DNA from: Fimbriosthenelais zetlandica
Lineage: Eukaryota
Length of the DNA stretch: 64,000 bases
Assembly: GCA_977030845.1 (NCBI GenBank)
Contig: OZ365109.1
Location: 60,078,001-60,142,000 of the forward strand
Direction: 5' to 3'
The position numbers were made by a program, and so were the translations under genes. Below the pieces are notes generated by a model. It saw only the letters and a list, made by a program, of their open reading frames with translations, was not told where the DNA came from and did not search any database. Positions within the stretch are counted from its first letter, which is position 1; every line of letters begins with the position of its first letter. Of this stretch, positions 40,101 to 53,780 are shown one piece after another.

Positions 40101-42689
40101 CTCACCAGCTAACAAGGTTTGACTGCTTCTATTGCCTGCTTCCACCGATATCTAACATTGGTGAATGGGGCTAAAATTCGTTCATGTCTCTCGGATCAAT
40201 GACATCTTTCCTGCCACCTTGAAAGCCAGTGGCCGAGGACACGAGGGAAGCTAGTGGCTCAGCAATGTCATTGTCTCGCGATGGGCGAGCCTAGTTTGGG
40301 TTGTTATCTCCCATGGTCGGCCACCCTTCCCTAAGCCCTTGGCCCCTAATCAGAGACTAAGGTCTAGGCGGACTAGGGTGATAGGAGATTTATCAGTGTT
40401 TCCCCCTTTTGGAGAAGCCATCTTTCCACCACCTCCTCCTATACTTCAGGAGTGAGAGTGGGGAGCCAAAGTGACTGGCTTACTCCCGAAGAATGAAGGG
40501 CAAATCTCGGTGGATGGAGTCACTCAAGACTTACTGGCGTTTAAGGTGTGTAATCAAAACCCTGCCATGAAACCAGGTCTCTGATAGGTTGACAAAAAGA
40601 TTCCAATTCTGATCTCGTGCCTGCGTTTTTTAAAGCCTCTCAAAAAAGCACAAATAAATGGGACCCTGAGGGAAACAGTGTCCATCAATCAACACAATTT
40701 ATTTGGTAACGGGACTTAATCTCGGGCCATTTAAAGAAGGTCCTGATCCGCTGACTCGTTTGCATTACTTGGAGTGAGCTGGCTCAGGATTGCAAGTCGG
40801 AGATTAATTTAAGCTCCTATTACATGGGAAGGTAAGCGACCCCATCAAGTTGAATCCCGCCCAGCTAGTCTTTACTTGTTCCATATAATTAGACATAGCT
40901 TCTCCTCTAGGCTAAATGAATTAACTTGCTCCTCTAAAACTGCGCAAGACCTTTTACATAATCCACTCTAAGTCTAGCCATCTAACGTAAATCCATACAA
41001 ATGACATACAAAATGATCAGTAATCTTGGGGAAAAAATCACATATTTAGTCTTGATCAATGTTTGACATGAGTATAGACATATCTCTCTTCACTTTGTTT
41101 ATTAACCAAAAAAAGTGTTGTTTTCCCTTTGTGAAGGGCATGGAAAAGGTCATATTAGCAATGAAGTCTTTCAAATCAAATTATTACCCGGTACTTGAAT
41201 AAATTTATATGTATCTCAAATTTGCATGTAACTTAACATATCAGGTGTTCCCCATTGAATTATAATAATTGACGCCTCCTAGGATCACACATGATGTCAC
41301 TGCATCGAAACAAGATGCTTGGCGTTGGACACAATATACATGTAGATACATGCAACGCGGGAAGGGCCTTTTGGTGATACCACTTTCACAGTTCTTCTGT
41401 AAATATTTACTCCCATAGATAATCTCTCGTGTGAAAATTCTAAAAAAAAACCAACACTAGTGAGTAACGTTAGCCATACTCCTCAACATTAAACTCACCT
41501 CCCTTATCCCTTTTTAATAAGGATTTTTTTCTCTTCTATTTTTTTCGGATTTTTAATTTGCAGTCCGTCTCCCGCGACCCACTACCCCCTTTCCCCCGAT
41601 ATCCACCTTCTCCCTCAGCATTGTCCTCTTCCTCTTTTTATCCCGTTCTTTCCTCCTCCTTACATGGTCCTCATCCCCTCATCCTCTCCCCCTTCCACAT
41701 CTTCCCCTCCTGAGGTTCCTACTGTTTTACACTGGTGATTCTTAATGGCCGTTGTGCCAGCTGAATTACACTAGGATTAGGCAGGCCTGGAACGCCAGTA
41801 TAATGATGCTGGGCTGCAGCTAGTGCTCACCGCTTTTTCTACCAGTCTGCCGGGTGGGGACATGAGTAATGATGACGGCCAGAAGTCTAGACTTAACTTA
41901 ATTGTTCATTTAAGCTGGTAATTTGTCTCAAAATCCCACTTCTGTCATGGCGTTTTTGAAATTTAAGAATCAGTTTTATCTAATCCGTAATCTTTTTAGG
42001 CTGTAATTTCCACTCATAACGCCAGACGAATCATTGCCTCCGAGTTCTACCGAAGATATTTGCTTCAGTTGACAATTGCACACACTGCAGCAGCTGTCGT
42101 CCAGTTCACTTTTCATAATCTAACAGTGCAGGACTGATATTTCCTCTATTTATCTCTGCTATAAATGTCCCTGCAGTATAGCAATATACTCAGAGGGACA
42201 TAAGTCAGTGTCAGGGACGTGCAAGTATAATGTGATTATTATGACAGGAATCCTATATGTGCAAAAATAAGGGGCACAGTTTGACTGTGTATATCACGAT
42301 CATATTCGGTGCAATCAATGATTTTCATCATTCTGTATCCTGCCAGTCGGTCTCAGGAGTGGGCCTTCAAGCTGCACAAATTTCAGACACAGGCAGTATA
42401 TGCATATATGATTAGTCAAGGGAAGACACGGCCAAAGAGTCCTGGAATCAAAACTCAAACGCTCTCGGGAGCATGGCGCGCACACTCCAAAAATCTATAT
42501 TATGGCGCCGTGATGTAAAACTTGCGTGTAGAAAAATGGGAAATGATAGTTCAAACATGTGGGAGTGATAAAGGATTAATAGGGGCGGGCCTCGTGTTAT
42601 AGATATCAATGGAATTGTGTTTTATGAGATAACAACTTTATTAGCAATTACTGGGCAGAGAATTGAGATGGGCTTGACACGTCATGCAT

Positions 42690-43050
42690 CCGTTAGCGAT
42701 GGGAATGAATAATCAAGGTTGAAATAACAGGAGTGAAATTCCCAGGGAGGACTTTCCGCTGAGACAGAATTTCCTGCTTATCAGTCTCCATTTGCTGGTA
42801 ACGAGATAATCGAAATGGAATTCCCAGATAAAATGCATTGGCCGAAACCGCCATGCTTGGATCCGCGTCTGGACCAGGGTCCCAGAGAGATTTTTCCGTC
42901 AACTATTATTGATGTAATGTTCAGAGACATGCCCATTTTAAGATGTAGTGATTGCAAATCGCATCCAGTCTCAAGAAACGTAGAAATGCAATCAGACATG
43001 GTTACTGTTGTTTTAGTAATAGGCTATAACATTGTGCTTGCAAGCCAGAT
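42690..43050 (-). mobile_element. L1-type RT remnant immediately upstream of exon B
   Basis: AFYLGIPF (FxYLGI motif); otherwise degenerate. Confidence 0.3.
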
Positions 43051-43234
43051 ATCTGTCAAGTAACTGGCACCACACAAAGGGGATGCAATACTCAATCTAG
43101 AGACCAGTCCACAATTAAGACCCAGTCAACCAAGCAATGGAACTATGTATTAATAGAATCTCTTTTAATGTAATTAAAAGTCATATCATGTTTTGAAATG
43201 CAATTTAAATTTGAGATCTTCTTATCTTTTCTAG

Positions 43235-43448
43235 GTAACATGGAGGAAAAAGGATCAGAATCACCCGTTGACGATTGGTCTGTACACGTTCGTGGGAGAC
43301 ACTCGTGTAGGTGTAGACTACAATCAACGGACAAACGAATGGAGTTTAATCATACAAGATGTAAGGCCGAGTGATGAAGGCATCTACTCCTGCGCCATCT
43401 CCACCAAACAAGAAACAGCCACCTACGATATCAAGCTGAACGTCAAGA
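43235..43448 (+). CDS. Dpr/zig-8-like protein, exon B (rest of Ig1)
   Basis: ttttctag acceptor and gtcagt donor. Phase 0 start joins exon A in frame (KT|VTW). Translates VTWRKKDQNHPLTIGLYTFVGDTRVGVDYNQRTNEWSLIIQDVRPSDEGIYSCAISTKQETATYDIKLNVK, with the Ig Trp, DxGxYxC and the Dpr-type LT.G..TF..D.R segment. Length 214 nt, phase 1 end. Confidence 0.95.
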
Positions 43449-43583
43449 GTCAGTATACACACTTTATCTACCTTCATTATCACCTATACCTTCCCAGGCA
43501 ATTTCACTATTCTCCCTTTGTTTACTCCGTTCAATTATAGATATGACACACCCTATAATTCCAGAAAGTCAGTTGGTGAACTG

Positions 43584-43605
43584 CCCCCCCCCCCCCCCCC
43601 CCCCC
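43584..43605. repeat. Poly-C (22 nt)
   Basis: Counted directly; ~135 nt downstream of the exon B donor. Confidence 0.95.
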
Positions 43606-46499
43606 ACCAAGGCAAAGTTACATTTTTTATCCCATTCTAAAACTAGGTATGATTATAATTCATTTTCTCCACTGCAGTACCTATTTCAACAGAAAACCGA
43701 TTTTTCTGTCTCTTTCTGATAAATCATTACTCTTTGAATATTGATAATGGTAGGACATATTTTGTTTCTGTGGGTTTATTTCTGATGCTTCTCTTAAAAG
43801 TATCAGAACGACAAGACCGGCTATAAGTGTGGACCAACACCTCCACATTCCCTGAATAATCAATAATGAAACATTTTGTTATTGATTATCCCTTACCAAT
43901 ATATGTCTCACGCTGAGATTGAGATAAATGTCTTTTGAACACAGCCGTCACTTGATATTTTGCTGTCCTAGGAATAATAATTTGCCTTCTTTCAATCCCT
44001 CAACCTAACTAAATACATACTCAGGCTTTCCTCTTTCAGATGTCCCCGTGCAAGAATATCAAGTACCACTGATTTCTGTTGACACCCAATATTGGACTTG
44101 AATACTTGAATCCATAACCTTTCTAACAGTGTGTTGTCCCTTCTTCTTTTCTCTCATTAATATGTGTGACAGTGATCCAATGTACTGTATATATGACTGA
44201 TGTCAACTGACTCTAACATGATTGCTTTTGGTTTCAATATCCAACAATCTGTATTCCCACATTCCTTCTGTTGGTTTATTTCCTGCTTTTGCTTTCATAC
44301 AGCCGGACCCAGAACCATCAATTTAAATACCTTTTACTTTGTTACGTACTGACTAGAATGAAATATATTACATCCATTTTAAGAAACATCCCATCTTGAT
44401 TGCAATATTCAAAGGATTTTCTTCTTAATTTCTTTTTCTTCTCCTTGGAGAATCAGCACATTAACCAATTCTGCCCCATAGGTAATTTGCACTTCACTTA
44501 ATAATGGAATGATTCTGCTAGGAAGATGCTTAGAAATTGCAATAAAAGAATAAGATTGGATGTACTACATTGCGTACATGGATGAATAATTGAAAAGTAT
44601 CCCGAGATTAAATTCCCGCTGCCTTTGTTTACGTGGACAGATCTTTCTTCTACATAATTAAGGGAAAACAAAATCCTCTCATAGCACATACGTCATAAGA
44701 TCTATAACATTTAAGGGTATGAAATAGACTGGGCGGACATCCCATAACAAGGTATAATAAATTTCACCTTAGTATAATTAAATGTTATAGAAAACTCCCC
44801 ACAAAACGTAAATTCCTCCGAGATTCAGAGAAAGTAGGGGAAGTAGGTAGAAAAGCGATTTTGGTAGAGAGTATACAGGTAAAAGAATAAGTCTTAAATG
44901 TCATTGTGCATGCAAAGCCATTTGATCCGAGCCCTTCGAAAAGAGAAGGAAAGCATCTCTTTTTCAAAAACATAGTAATTAGTCTGAGGAACTACGAGAT
45001 TTATGTACTGGTATCTCTTGTAAATCATATGGACATGTCACATGTTGATTTAGAAATCATTAGATCTGTAATGAAAGACCCTATGATTAGTAATTAGTAG
45101 TGGAGCTTTTTCTTTACTTGGTCCAGCATAGCAAATATTATTTTGCCTTCATTGATCCATACATCAATAATATATTTGTTTACTACAAGGGTGGATATAC
45201 GGATTTGACTGATGAACTATAGATTCTGCCTGAATGATGGAAGGGATTCCTTACCTGATTAACAATATGGATAACCCGAGTTAGAAAGATACACGAGTAA
45301 AAAAACGGATTATATTAAATGACCATCATGAGTATTAACTATGACTTGCAATTTCCATGCAGTGTTATTAGTATAGGCACAAAAGCCTGTTGATATTTCT
45401 CTCCTCAGTTCATATGTTGGAGGGATATAATAGTATATAATAATTATATACTTTCTAATTTGCGATAAATGTTAGGGAGCTTTCATGAAGAAGGATAATA
45501 TGTCATTTCAGTTTCACAGCCGTACCTCTGTATGCCTAGGACGAGTTGGACATTATATAATATTATAATTATTAGTCAGATAACTTCAAGGAGCAAAAGC
45601 TTTAAAATTCATAGTATTATGGACCATATTATTATGGTGTACAACATTTGATGTCTTTCAAATAAGCGTATAGAAATCAAGGTTCAATTCTGGTGCATGG
45701 AAATGTATCCTGAAAGTCTAGGACAATAATACTATTTTTTAAATAGCAAACAAGAGGAAAAGGACAAAAACCTTTCGAATACGCATTACTTCTATAGGTT
45801 TTTTTCGGGATGTATTCTGATCCTCAGTATATCCATAGTTTATAACGTTATTTTTAATGGCGTTTGTCTGCCATATCGCAACATTTTTTCTCAATTTCCT
45901 CACGTTCTTTCAGTATGTACCTACCTAAAACAGCTCACATAAAGCTTCTGTGTATATCTGCTTCCACGCCTTCGGTGGAGGGAATATCAGAGAGACTTTG
46001 ATAGATATCCACAGACATACGCCAGCTGCTGTTGAGTACATGAAGGGGGGGGGGGCATAAGTTTTTCCTCGTGAAAATTATGGCCTAGCGGCAGTGGACT
46101 TTTATATGAAGCCATGTTCTGGAAACTGAAGCCGCCTGTATAGGCGACCGCCTTCCATAAGCAATTGCATATCATCTGTTCTTGCTCACACATAGAGGCT
46201 CCCCTAATGCCACTTCATCAAGGATGTTTGCAGCATAAAAACACACAATATTCTACCCACCGACATACAATGGGAACACTTATAATCATTTCCTTAATGA
46301 ACGTCAAATCTGGAGAGGCTTCTTTATCCTGAGGCGTTTTTTTTATGTAGCAAGCGAGCATATTTCTAATGCGAAATATGAGAGTGGGATGAAGATTCAA
46401 CAACTCATGTCATTATCGACAATTCTAAAGATATTTATATATAAGAGAGAGTAAATATGAGAGAAATTGCAAAGGCAATTATGTAAATTGCACAGATAA

Positions 46500-49400
46500 T
46501 TCAGAGTTTAAAAACCAAGAAAACTGAAAGCTCTGATTCCATATATCATGCTAGACCAAGGAAATACATCACCGAAAATAAGGTATAACACTTTTACGGT
46601 CAGTAACTTCCCAGCCAGAGAGCCACAACTATTCAAATATCATCCAAGGCTCAATTGCAAACAGAACGCTGTTTCTACTTGTGAGACAGACACGAGGGAA
46701 TAGGCCATGAGAAATCACTGGGATATTAACAAGTGAAACATATGATGCCTGGGTAAATAGTCCCAAACCTCCAGACCTTTTAAGGAGTCGTATCATTTTT
46801 CAATCCCTTTTGGGAAAAACAATCCTTGCAGACAAGACAACAAATGTCTCTCTACAGACATCCACGGAGACTCTTCTATGATAGACGATCGCCGCTTGAG
46901 CTCACATCACTAGCTCCTCACAAATTGTATCAAATACTCGCTTGGCACTATTCTTTTCGAGAGCATACTTCCTCCTCGGGGAGAGGGCCAAATTTGACTC
47001 CACAAATCTGCCCATTAAAACTGTTCGCTGACCTTTCAAGGCAATGTACCAAGATGTTCCTGCTCTGAATTATGCATGGCAGCTTCGCGTTTTAGCCATC
47101 TCAGGGGATGCTCTGAAGTGTCTAGACGGGAGCCAGTGCATGAGGCTCACTTCCTCATTGCCTCGATGCATATACAGTATACTGCCAGAAAAGGTTGAGC
47201 AGGAAAACTGCCAGTATCTTAGACCAAGATAAGCTAAATATAGGTCCACTAATATACTCAGGGAATTTATCATAATGGCCTATATTATAGGCCTATTATA
47301 TGCCAATAATCTATTCCACGGGATTTGAACAAAACATTTCGCTATGATCATATTTGTATTTTCAATAATTATTTTTAGTTGGAGGAGATATCCTAGTACA
47401 TTGGACAAGATAAAGTTCTCTCCAATTGTGCACAGGCCTTCTTAGAAGCACCATGTGCTCCCATCTCTAGGCCAAGCTACAAATTTTCAAGATTGCTACT
47501 CATCTTGCCATTAAAGACATTGTTTTGTGATGCTTTCCATTGGTGCCTACAGAGAAGTACACCTGTTCTCCCTTTAATGTCTTGTGAATTATTAGACACC
47601 GTTGTTATAAATCAGCATCTAGAGTCAGTCAATAGTCCTCTAGGCGGTGTGTCTTGGTTGCCCTACTTTAGAAGGCTTTCCTTGACATTCATTGGCCATT
47701 TAGCTTCTTGGAAGTGAAGCCTCTGAATTCACATGACTTTATCATAGGCTCAGGGACTGATGTTTTATTAGCCTTTCATTGTGCTTTTTTATTTTCCCCT
47801 CGGCCATAAAAAAGTTCCAGGGCATGGAACCCAACAGAAGGTCATTCCCAAATGATACTTTCTATGACAGGTAGGCTATGTTACCTATTCTTCGCCTAAT
47901 GGATCGATACGAGATAGATATCGCATGCAGGATCCCGCGAAAAGCTGGGTGTATTGTGGAGGGCATTAAAGAAAGTGTCCCGGAAAGATACTGGAAAAGA
48001 AGTGTGAGAAACGGCTGGTGGGGATCCCCCTGAGGCCCGGGGTCGTCATGGGTGTTGGTCCAACCAACATGCTGACATGTGATGTGAAGGAGGATGAACA
48101 TTGGATGCTGTCACCATAGAAACCTTGTCTGTCTCCTGGGACAAAGCTCTCTCCCCTGTCGGGCCAAAGCTGCTTGCCATGCAGTTGCCTGTGCTATTCG
48201 TCTTCTTGTTACTAAGGCCATGCTTTCACTACGGAGACAGGGAGGGCGGATCTGGCTGTTCCAGCTGATGGCTTGGTAATTGCAGCAGTCGCTACGTGGG
48301 GGAGCCTCGGGGCGTCCTCTGGTGACGAGTCAGCGAGTCGTGGAGCAGTTTTGGCGGGAAAGACGCAGCAGACGATACATCAGCCCGCGCTTTTCTTGTG
48401 TCTCCCCCTTGAGGCTTACGGAAGCCGAGAATGTTCACAGTAAAAAAAAAAAAAAAAAAAAAAAATTTACAAATTCCAAATTTTTTTCTTTTTTATTTTA
48501 TTAAAAAATAAAAAAAAAATAAAAAAAAAAAAACTTTTTTTTTTCAAATCTCGTTTCAAATCTCGTTTTCATTTTCATTCTCGTTTTCGTTTTCATTTTT
48601 TTTTTTTTTTTTCAAAAATCTGAAATCTCGGGAGCGCGAGACTTACTTAAAAGACATTTTTATTTGAATGTAGCACAACCAATCATTAACTATCATGATA
48701 ACTTGCTGATGTCAATAGTCAAATTGTATTAATTTTGGTTATTAACTGAATTAAATACAATTTTGAGTCGAATCTCGCGAGTGCGCGACCTTGATGTGGG
48801 CGATAATACGTGCAAAATGTGAGCGAATCTGATGCAATACCCAATTCTTGACATTGGCCCCCTTACACACTCTACAGCCATTTTTGTAATCATTTTTATA
48901 TGATTTTAACCAATGGCCAAGTTATTCTCCTATAGGATCGGCTGATTATTGAGCACAAGCCTCCCCATGGGCTATGGCCTGGGCCTGTTTCATGGGTTTA
49001 TCCTTTATATTATTTACATTAAATATGAAGTCATTAGGTTATATAAAGCTGAATCGATAAATTTTATTGATTTAATAATATGAAATAATGCTGTAAAGTG
49101 ATATTTTTGACATTGGCAATGTGGTCATTGTTGCCTACCCATGACAATCTAAGACGTTGCCAAGGCGCTCGAGTTGTCAAGGACCCAGCGACGTCTTCCT
49201 GACGTCACAGGAAGTGGGTATTGCATCAGATTCGCTCACATTTTGCATGTATTATCGCCCACATCAAGGTCGCGCACTCGCGAGATTCGACTCAAAATTG
49301 TATTTAATTCAGTTAATAACCAAAATTAATACAATTTGACTATTGACATCAGCAAGTTATCATGATAGTTAATGATTGGTTGTGCTACATTCAAATAAAA

Positions 49401-50600
49401 ATGTCTTTTAAGTAAGTCTCGCGCTCCCGAGATTTCAGATTTAAAAAAAAAAAAAAAAAAATGAAAACGATAACGAGAATGAAAACTAAAACGAGATTTG
49501 AAACGAGATTTGAAAAAAAAAGTTTTATTTTTATTTTTTTATTTTTTTTTTAATAAAATAAAAAAAATAATTTGGGAATTTGTAAATTTTTTTTTTTTTT
49601 TTTTTTTTTTTTACTGTGAACATTCTCGGCTTCCGTATGAGGCTACAGATCTTCACGGGTTTTATTTTTCACCAGTCGGAATAACGCAACATGACGCTCA
49701 TTGATCGTGTTCTGCTGGCCACAAGCAATACAGATCCATTGAGAGGGGGGGGGGGGACCGGAGAACCATAGAACAGGCTTCAAAGTCAGCCATATAGTTC
49801 AGGTCCATGCCAGATTTCTCACATTAGTCAACGTTAGTGCTCCTTCATGTATTTTTACTGTCACTTCAATGAGAGCTAATGGATATCTTATATACCTCCC
49901 CTTCGTGATGCCTCTGACGAGTATCTTCCTTGCTTTTCCAAGAGGCTTTTCGGGGAGGTTGATGGGTGGATAAGAGAAGGCCTTCCCATTCCCTCACGCT
50001 CTCTACGATCCATCCATCCAGGAAGCACTCAGCACGCTCTAGAGGGCACCCTCCACATCAATTCTTAATTTCAACTTTTAAGGGTTTGGACTCTCAAAAT
50101 CCATCTCGACTAAATAGTAACGAGTAGGAGAATGTGAGCACGAGACAGAGAGGGAGAAGCTATTCTTTTCCCTTGTGACAAATGAATTTTTCCCCCAGCC
50201 AGTCTAATGTGAAAGGAAGGAGCTGGGAAAACTCATTAGCTCGTAGAAGACCTCTCAGACATCTCATCATCAACATTTTCTCAAGCCTCTTGTATTTTCA
50301 TCGCCAGATTATGGTTTCCCATCTTTTCCATTACAAATTAGTGGTTTCAGCTTGAATTGATGAACTAAATCTCTTCAAATCTGACAACTCCTCTTAGACA
50401 CATAGTGGCTCTTCATGCTTCAATTATGTCTTTTCCTATCTGTGTCCTCCTCGGTTAATTTCCATTATTTGATATAACATCTTTTTTCAACTGGTTGACG
50501 TCCCAATTTTTCGGAAGACATGATGATGTTCACTCTTCATTAACCAGTAGAGATAGGTATCAGAGATAAAATTAGCATCACAATGGATTGACTCACCAAC
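46500..50600 (-). mobile_element. L1-type element remnant (ORF1, inter-ORF region, ORF2 start), interrupted by the foldback element
   Basis: ORF1-like LERA (IERAHR, ~50031-50042) and YPLALI (YPAxL). ORF2 start NVK...SQD (NVxG...LQET, ~47600-47690). The GC-richer inter-ORF segment continues across the foldback TSD. Confidence 0.5.
48417..49637. mobile_element. Non-autonomous foldback/MITE-like DNA transposon, 1221 bp, ~425-bp terminal inverted repeats, 7-bp TSD
   Basis: Arms 48417-48843 and 49215-49637 are reverse complements (termini tacggaagccgagaatgttcacagt / actgtgaacattctcggcttccgta). They are nearly identical apart from homopolymer lengths and a few substitutions. Direct repeat tgaggct at 48410-48416 and 49638-49644. 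The ~370-bp spacer is non-coding. Confidence 0.93.
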
Positions 50601-52439
50601 AGCCAGACAAGCCTAAAAGGACAATCCATCAAAGCTGATCAAAAATGATACGCTTTGACTGAATACAAGGGCAACTCAAAACAGCTATCAAAATCATTGT
50701 CTCATTCCAATCAGTCACGAACGTCCATTAAGCCAGCAATAGTATTGATTTAGTAGCAGTTTTTTTGTTGGTATAAACAGTGGTAGGTTTAATTGGTAAA
50801 TAAATGGGGTGAGGAAAAGAAAAATTGACCATTATCTGAGTCCATGTCATCCTTCATTCACTGTCACTTCTCATTAGTACAATAAATATAATAATCGATT
50901 AACTATAAAAGCGGTCTTTCATTCCGCCAATAAGAAGCAATGTAATGAACATCTAAGCTTGGGTGTACAGTTCAGAACATGGTGGAGTTAAGATATGGTA
51001 TTAATCAAATATTTGTACAAATCAATCCACACCCATGCTAACTTATTTGTACAAAACTAAAATTATGCACGTTACTTCGTGTATATATTTTTTTCAAAAT
51101 GTTATTCAAAAAATATAGATGAACCTGTGACACATAAGAAGATGGTTGAGAAAGATTCACCCACATAAAATAGTGTTTCGTTTCCTCTTGAAATGACATG
51201 TATCAGATTCCCTCTCTGGGATTTCTTCTGATCCTCAAATGAAATTCAGACAACTAGCATAAGGTTGGATGCCTGCCTATTCATCTCTGTAACGTGATCT
51301 CAGTGGATCCAGTGGGTAGTTATGGTCATTTCGTCAGCCTAGCTTATAATAAAGCCTAGAAAACCATGGCAACACGCACCTAGATCACATAATGACCAGC
51401 AAGCATGCACGGCATTAGACCCAGTATCTTCGTTCAAAAAACTAATCAAAAACCATCCACTAAATCAATTATTTGGCAGGGGATTAGCAATGGCCAGCAG
51501 GGACGCTCCCAAGATATTCCAAACTCAACCATTAAGAAAGCATTAGATATGACCCGCTTGTCGTTTGGAAAATGGAAGCCATGAAATACAGAGGCATTCA
51601 GTGGAGGGAAAAAAGTCTGTCAGCCAACATTAACTCTCAATTATGAGAGATACATCACTGTATGTGATCCGAATATCAAAGCCAGTGATGGCTTGCAGGT
51701 GCCTGGGGACTTAATCTGAATATAAAGCCTGGGTGAGGCATTGTGAAAAAGGCTGCTTTGTAATATATACCACATTCTAATAGCACAGTATGTCTAGAAC
51801 AGCTTTGGAGATGTATAGTTGAAGCTTTGAAGTGAAACATATCATTTCCTTTCACTCAGTATCTTCAAAGTAAAATATCAAATTTGCATTATTATATAGA
51901 ATATTATTTCTCTATATCTAAGAGATCCCCATTGAGATGAAAAACACAATATTCTCTCATTTTTCTCCCATCAAATTATCACAAACTATTCCATTTCCAT
52001 GGAGGATAGTGTGGACAGTTGACCATTGTTCTATGTCAGGACAGGAAGACATGTTACTTTTAAGTATTAAGACAGAAAAGGTTTACTTTCTCCCATTCAC
52101 CCTTTACATGTACAAGGACAGGGAAAATCATCCTTTAAAGGTCTCCCTTTTTCTGATGAGAAACATTGGTTAGTCAAATCGATCTTTCGCCTTGGCACGC
52201 TCCATGATATAGTAGTGTGATGCTTAAGAGTTGCATGATGAATGTTAATTCATTGATACCATCCTTCCTGAATGACTTGCCCCTTGCACTTCCATTCATC
52301 ACAAAGCCCCCTTTCTCCTCTCAGTACATAGATCTGATTCCTTATTAAGACCAGAAATACTTCTCTCATTAACACATTTAATATTAATCCTCTCTTAATA
52401 TCACATCTCTATCTCTGTCTCAACCACCCTTCTAGCTCT

Positions 52440-52950
52440 CTAATCCCCGAGATTAACTTCTCTTTTCTTTGAAATCCCTTCCTCGCCTCGCTTGCCTACT
52501 GCACTTTCCTCCCTCTCCCTAATGAGAAGAAAAATATCTAGCACTTCCGGCGTAGCTGTTGTGTGCACACTCACTGCCACTAGCAAACGTTGGCGTTCGT
52601 TGTGTCGCCCACAACCTAATTCTGTACCGACCATCTTGTTCTCCTTTTTCAGACGATCCATTCCCTGCTCTTGGTCCAGGTAAGCTTTTGAATCATACAT
52701 GTCTGCTGCTACTGTCAGCTCTGTTATCTACCACTGCAGGCTCTCTCTGTCTATCTCACTCTGCTGCCAAACATTCACCCCAAGAATTGGCGCCACCCAA
52801 CCAACTCTCTTCCTCCACAACTCCTCATTCTCTTTCTGTTTGTCCTTCCATGTGGTTTTGACCCGAGCAACACCAAACCTTTTCCTCTTACTCTTCCTTC
52901 TTACTGGTGTTAATGGGTTCTCGCCACTAGAACCGACTCCTTTTAATTTT
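52440..52950 (-). mobile_element. Possible LINE ORF1 (gag-like zinc-knuckle) remnant
   Basis: CGRH...IREREES..KRGEEGIS weakly resembles the Nimb/I-clade ORF1 C-terminus. Confidence 0.22.
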
Positions 52951-53399
52951 TAACAGACCAGAAGCTCATCGGTCACATTGTTTTATATATGACCTAGCTC
53001 TAGCAGTTATATTACCTTCGCTGCTGCCTGCTCTACCGCTGCTGCTACCACAGCTGCTTAACCCAAATTAACCCGAGCTTTGTTGTCTGGTGCAGTTTGT
53101 CTAGCATAGGACCAATGTTTCTAATTCAGAGCAGCAGTTTCTTCCCCATAACTAACCTACTGGTATATCATACATATTATACAATGCTGCTCAAGAATGG
53201 TTAGGGGACAGCAATTATACCTCATCTCTCATACTTCTCATCCAGCACTAAAAACCTTTATTTTTTTTTTATACTAATCTGCATCCCCTTAGACAATTGC
53301 TTAGCTTCACCCTCTCTGCTGCAGCCTTCACTCTATTTTCAACTCTTATCTTTCTCTAGTAATCAATCAATACATGATTTGCTTCATAGTCCTCTCGTC

Positions 53400-53780
53400 C
53401 GATCTTTGCTAATTGGGAAGAGCTTTTCCGAAAAAAGAAACAAATGAATACAAGACATATGATGCTCTGGTATCAATATGTACACACATTGCCTGTTTAT
53501 CTTATTTGAATATGCCAATGAGCTTTAAGTGGTTCACTGGGATTTCTCATTTCAATGAAAATCTCGTAGCCTCCTCCTCTTTCACTTGGCATCTAAGTGC
53601 ATGGTGGTCCCTTTACTTTAATGATTGCTGTGAGAGCAACCAAGTCACAGAATTTGTTCACTTCCACCTCATGAGGCCTGTTCTGCTTTGGGTTGCCAGA
53701 ATCGGTTGGGATATATTTTTTTCCAATTGATATCCTTCCCCCACTTGGTTTTTGAATTTGACTAACCGAATGTTAATCCT
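53400..53780 (-). mobile_element. L1-type ORF2 C-terminal remnant
   Basis: KWGKDINW and RCQVKEEE..F resemble the KW..D....W and CxRC zinc-binding tail. Confidence 0.35.

Noticed and set aside
43449-43540. Hydrophobic/aromatic tail of track ORF 43268-43540 as an alternative C-terminus
   Set aside because: It is read-through past the gtcagt donor into intron. A one-Ig isoform cannot be excluded but has no support.
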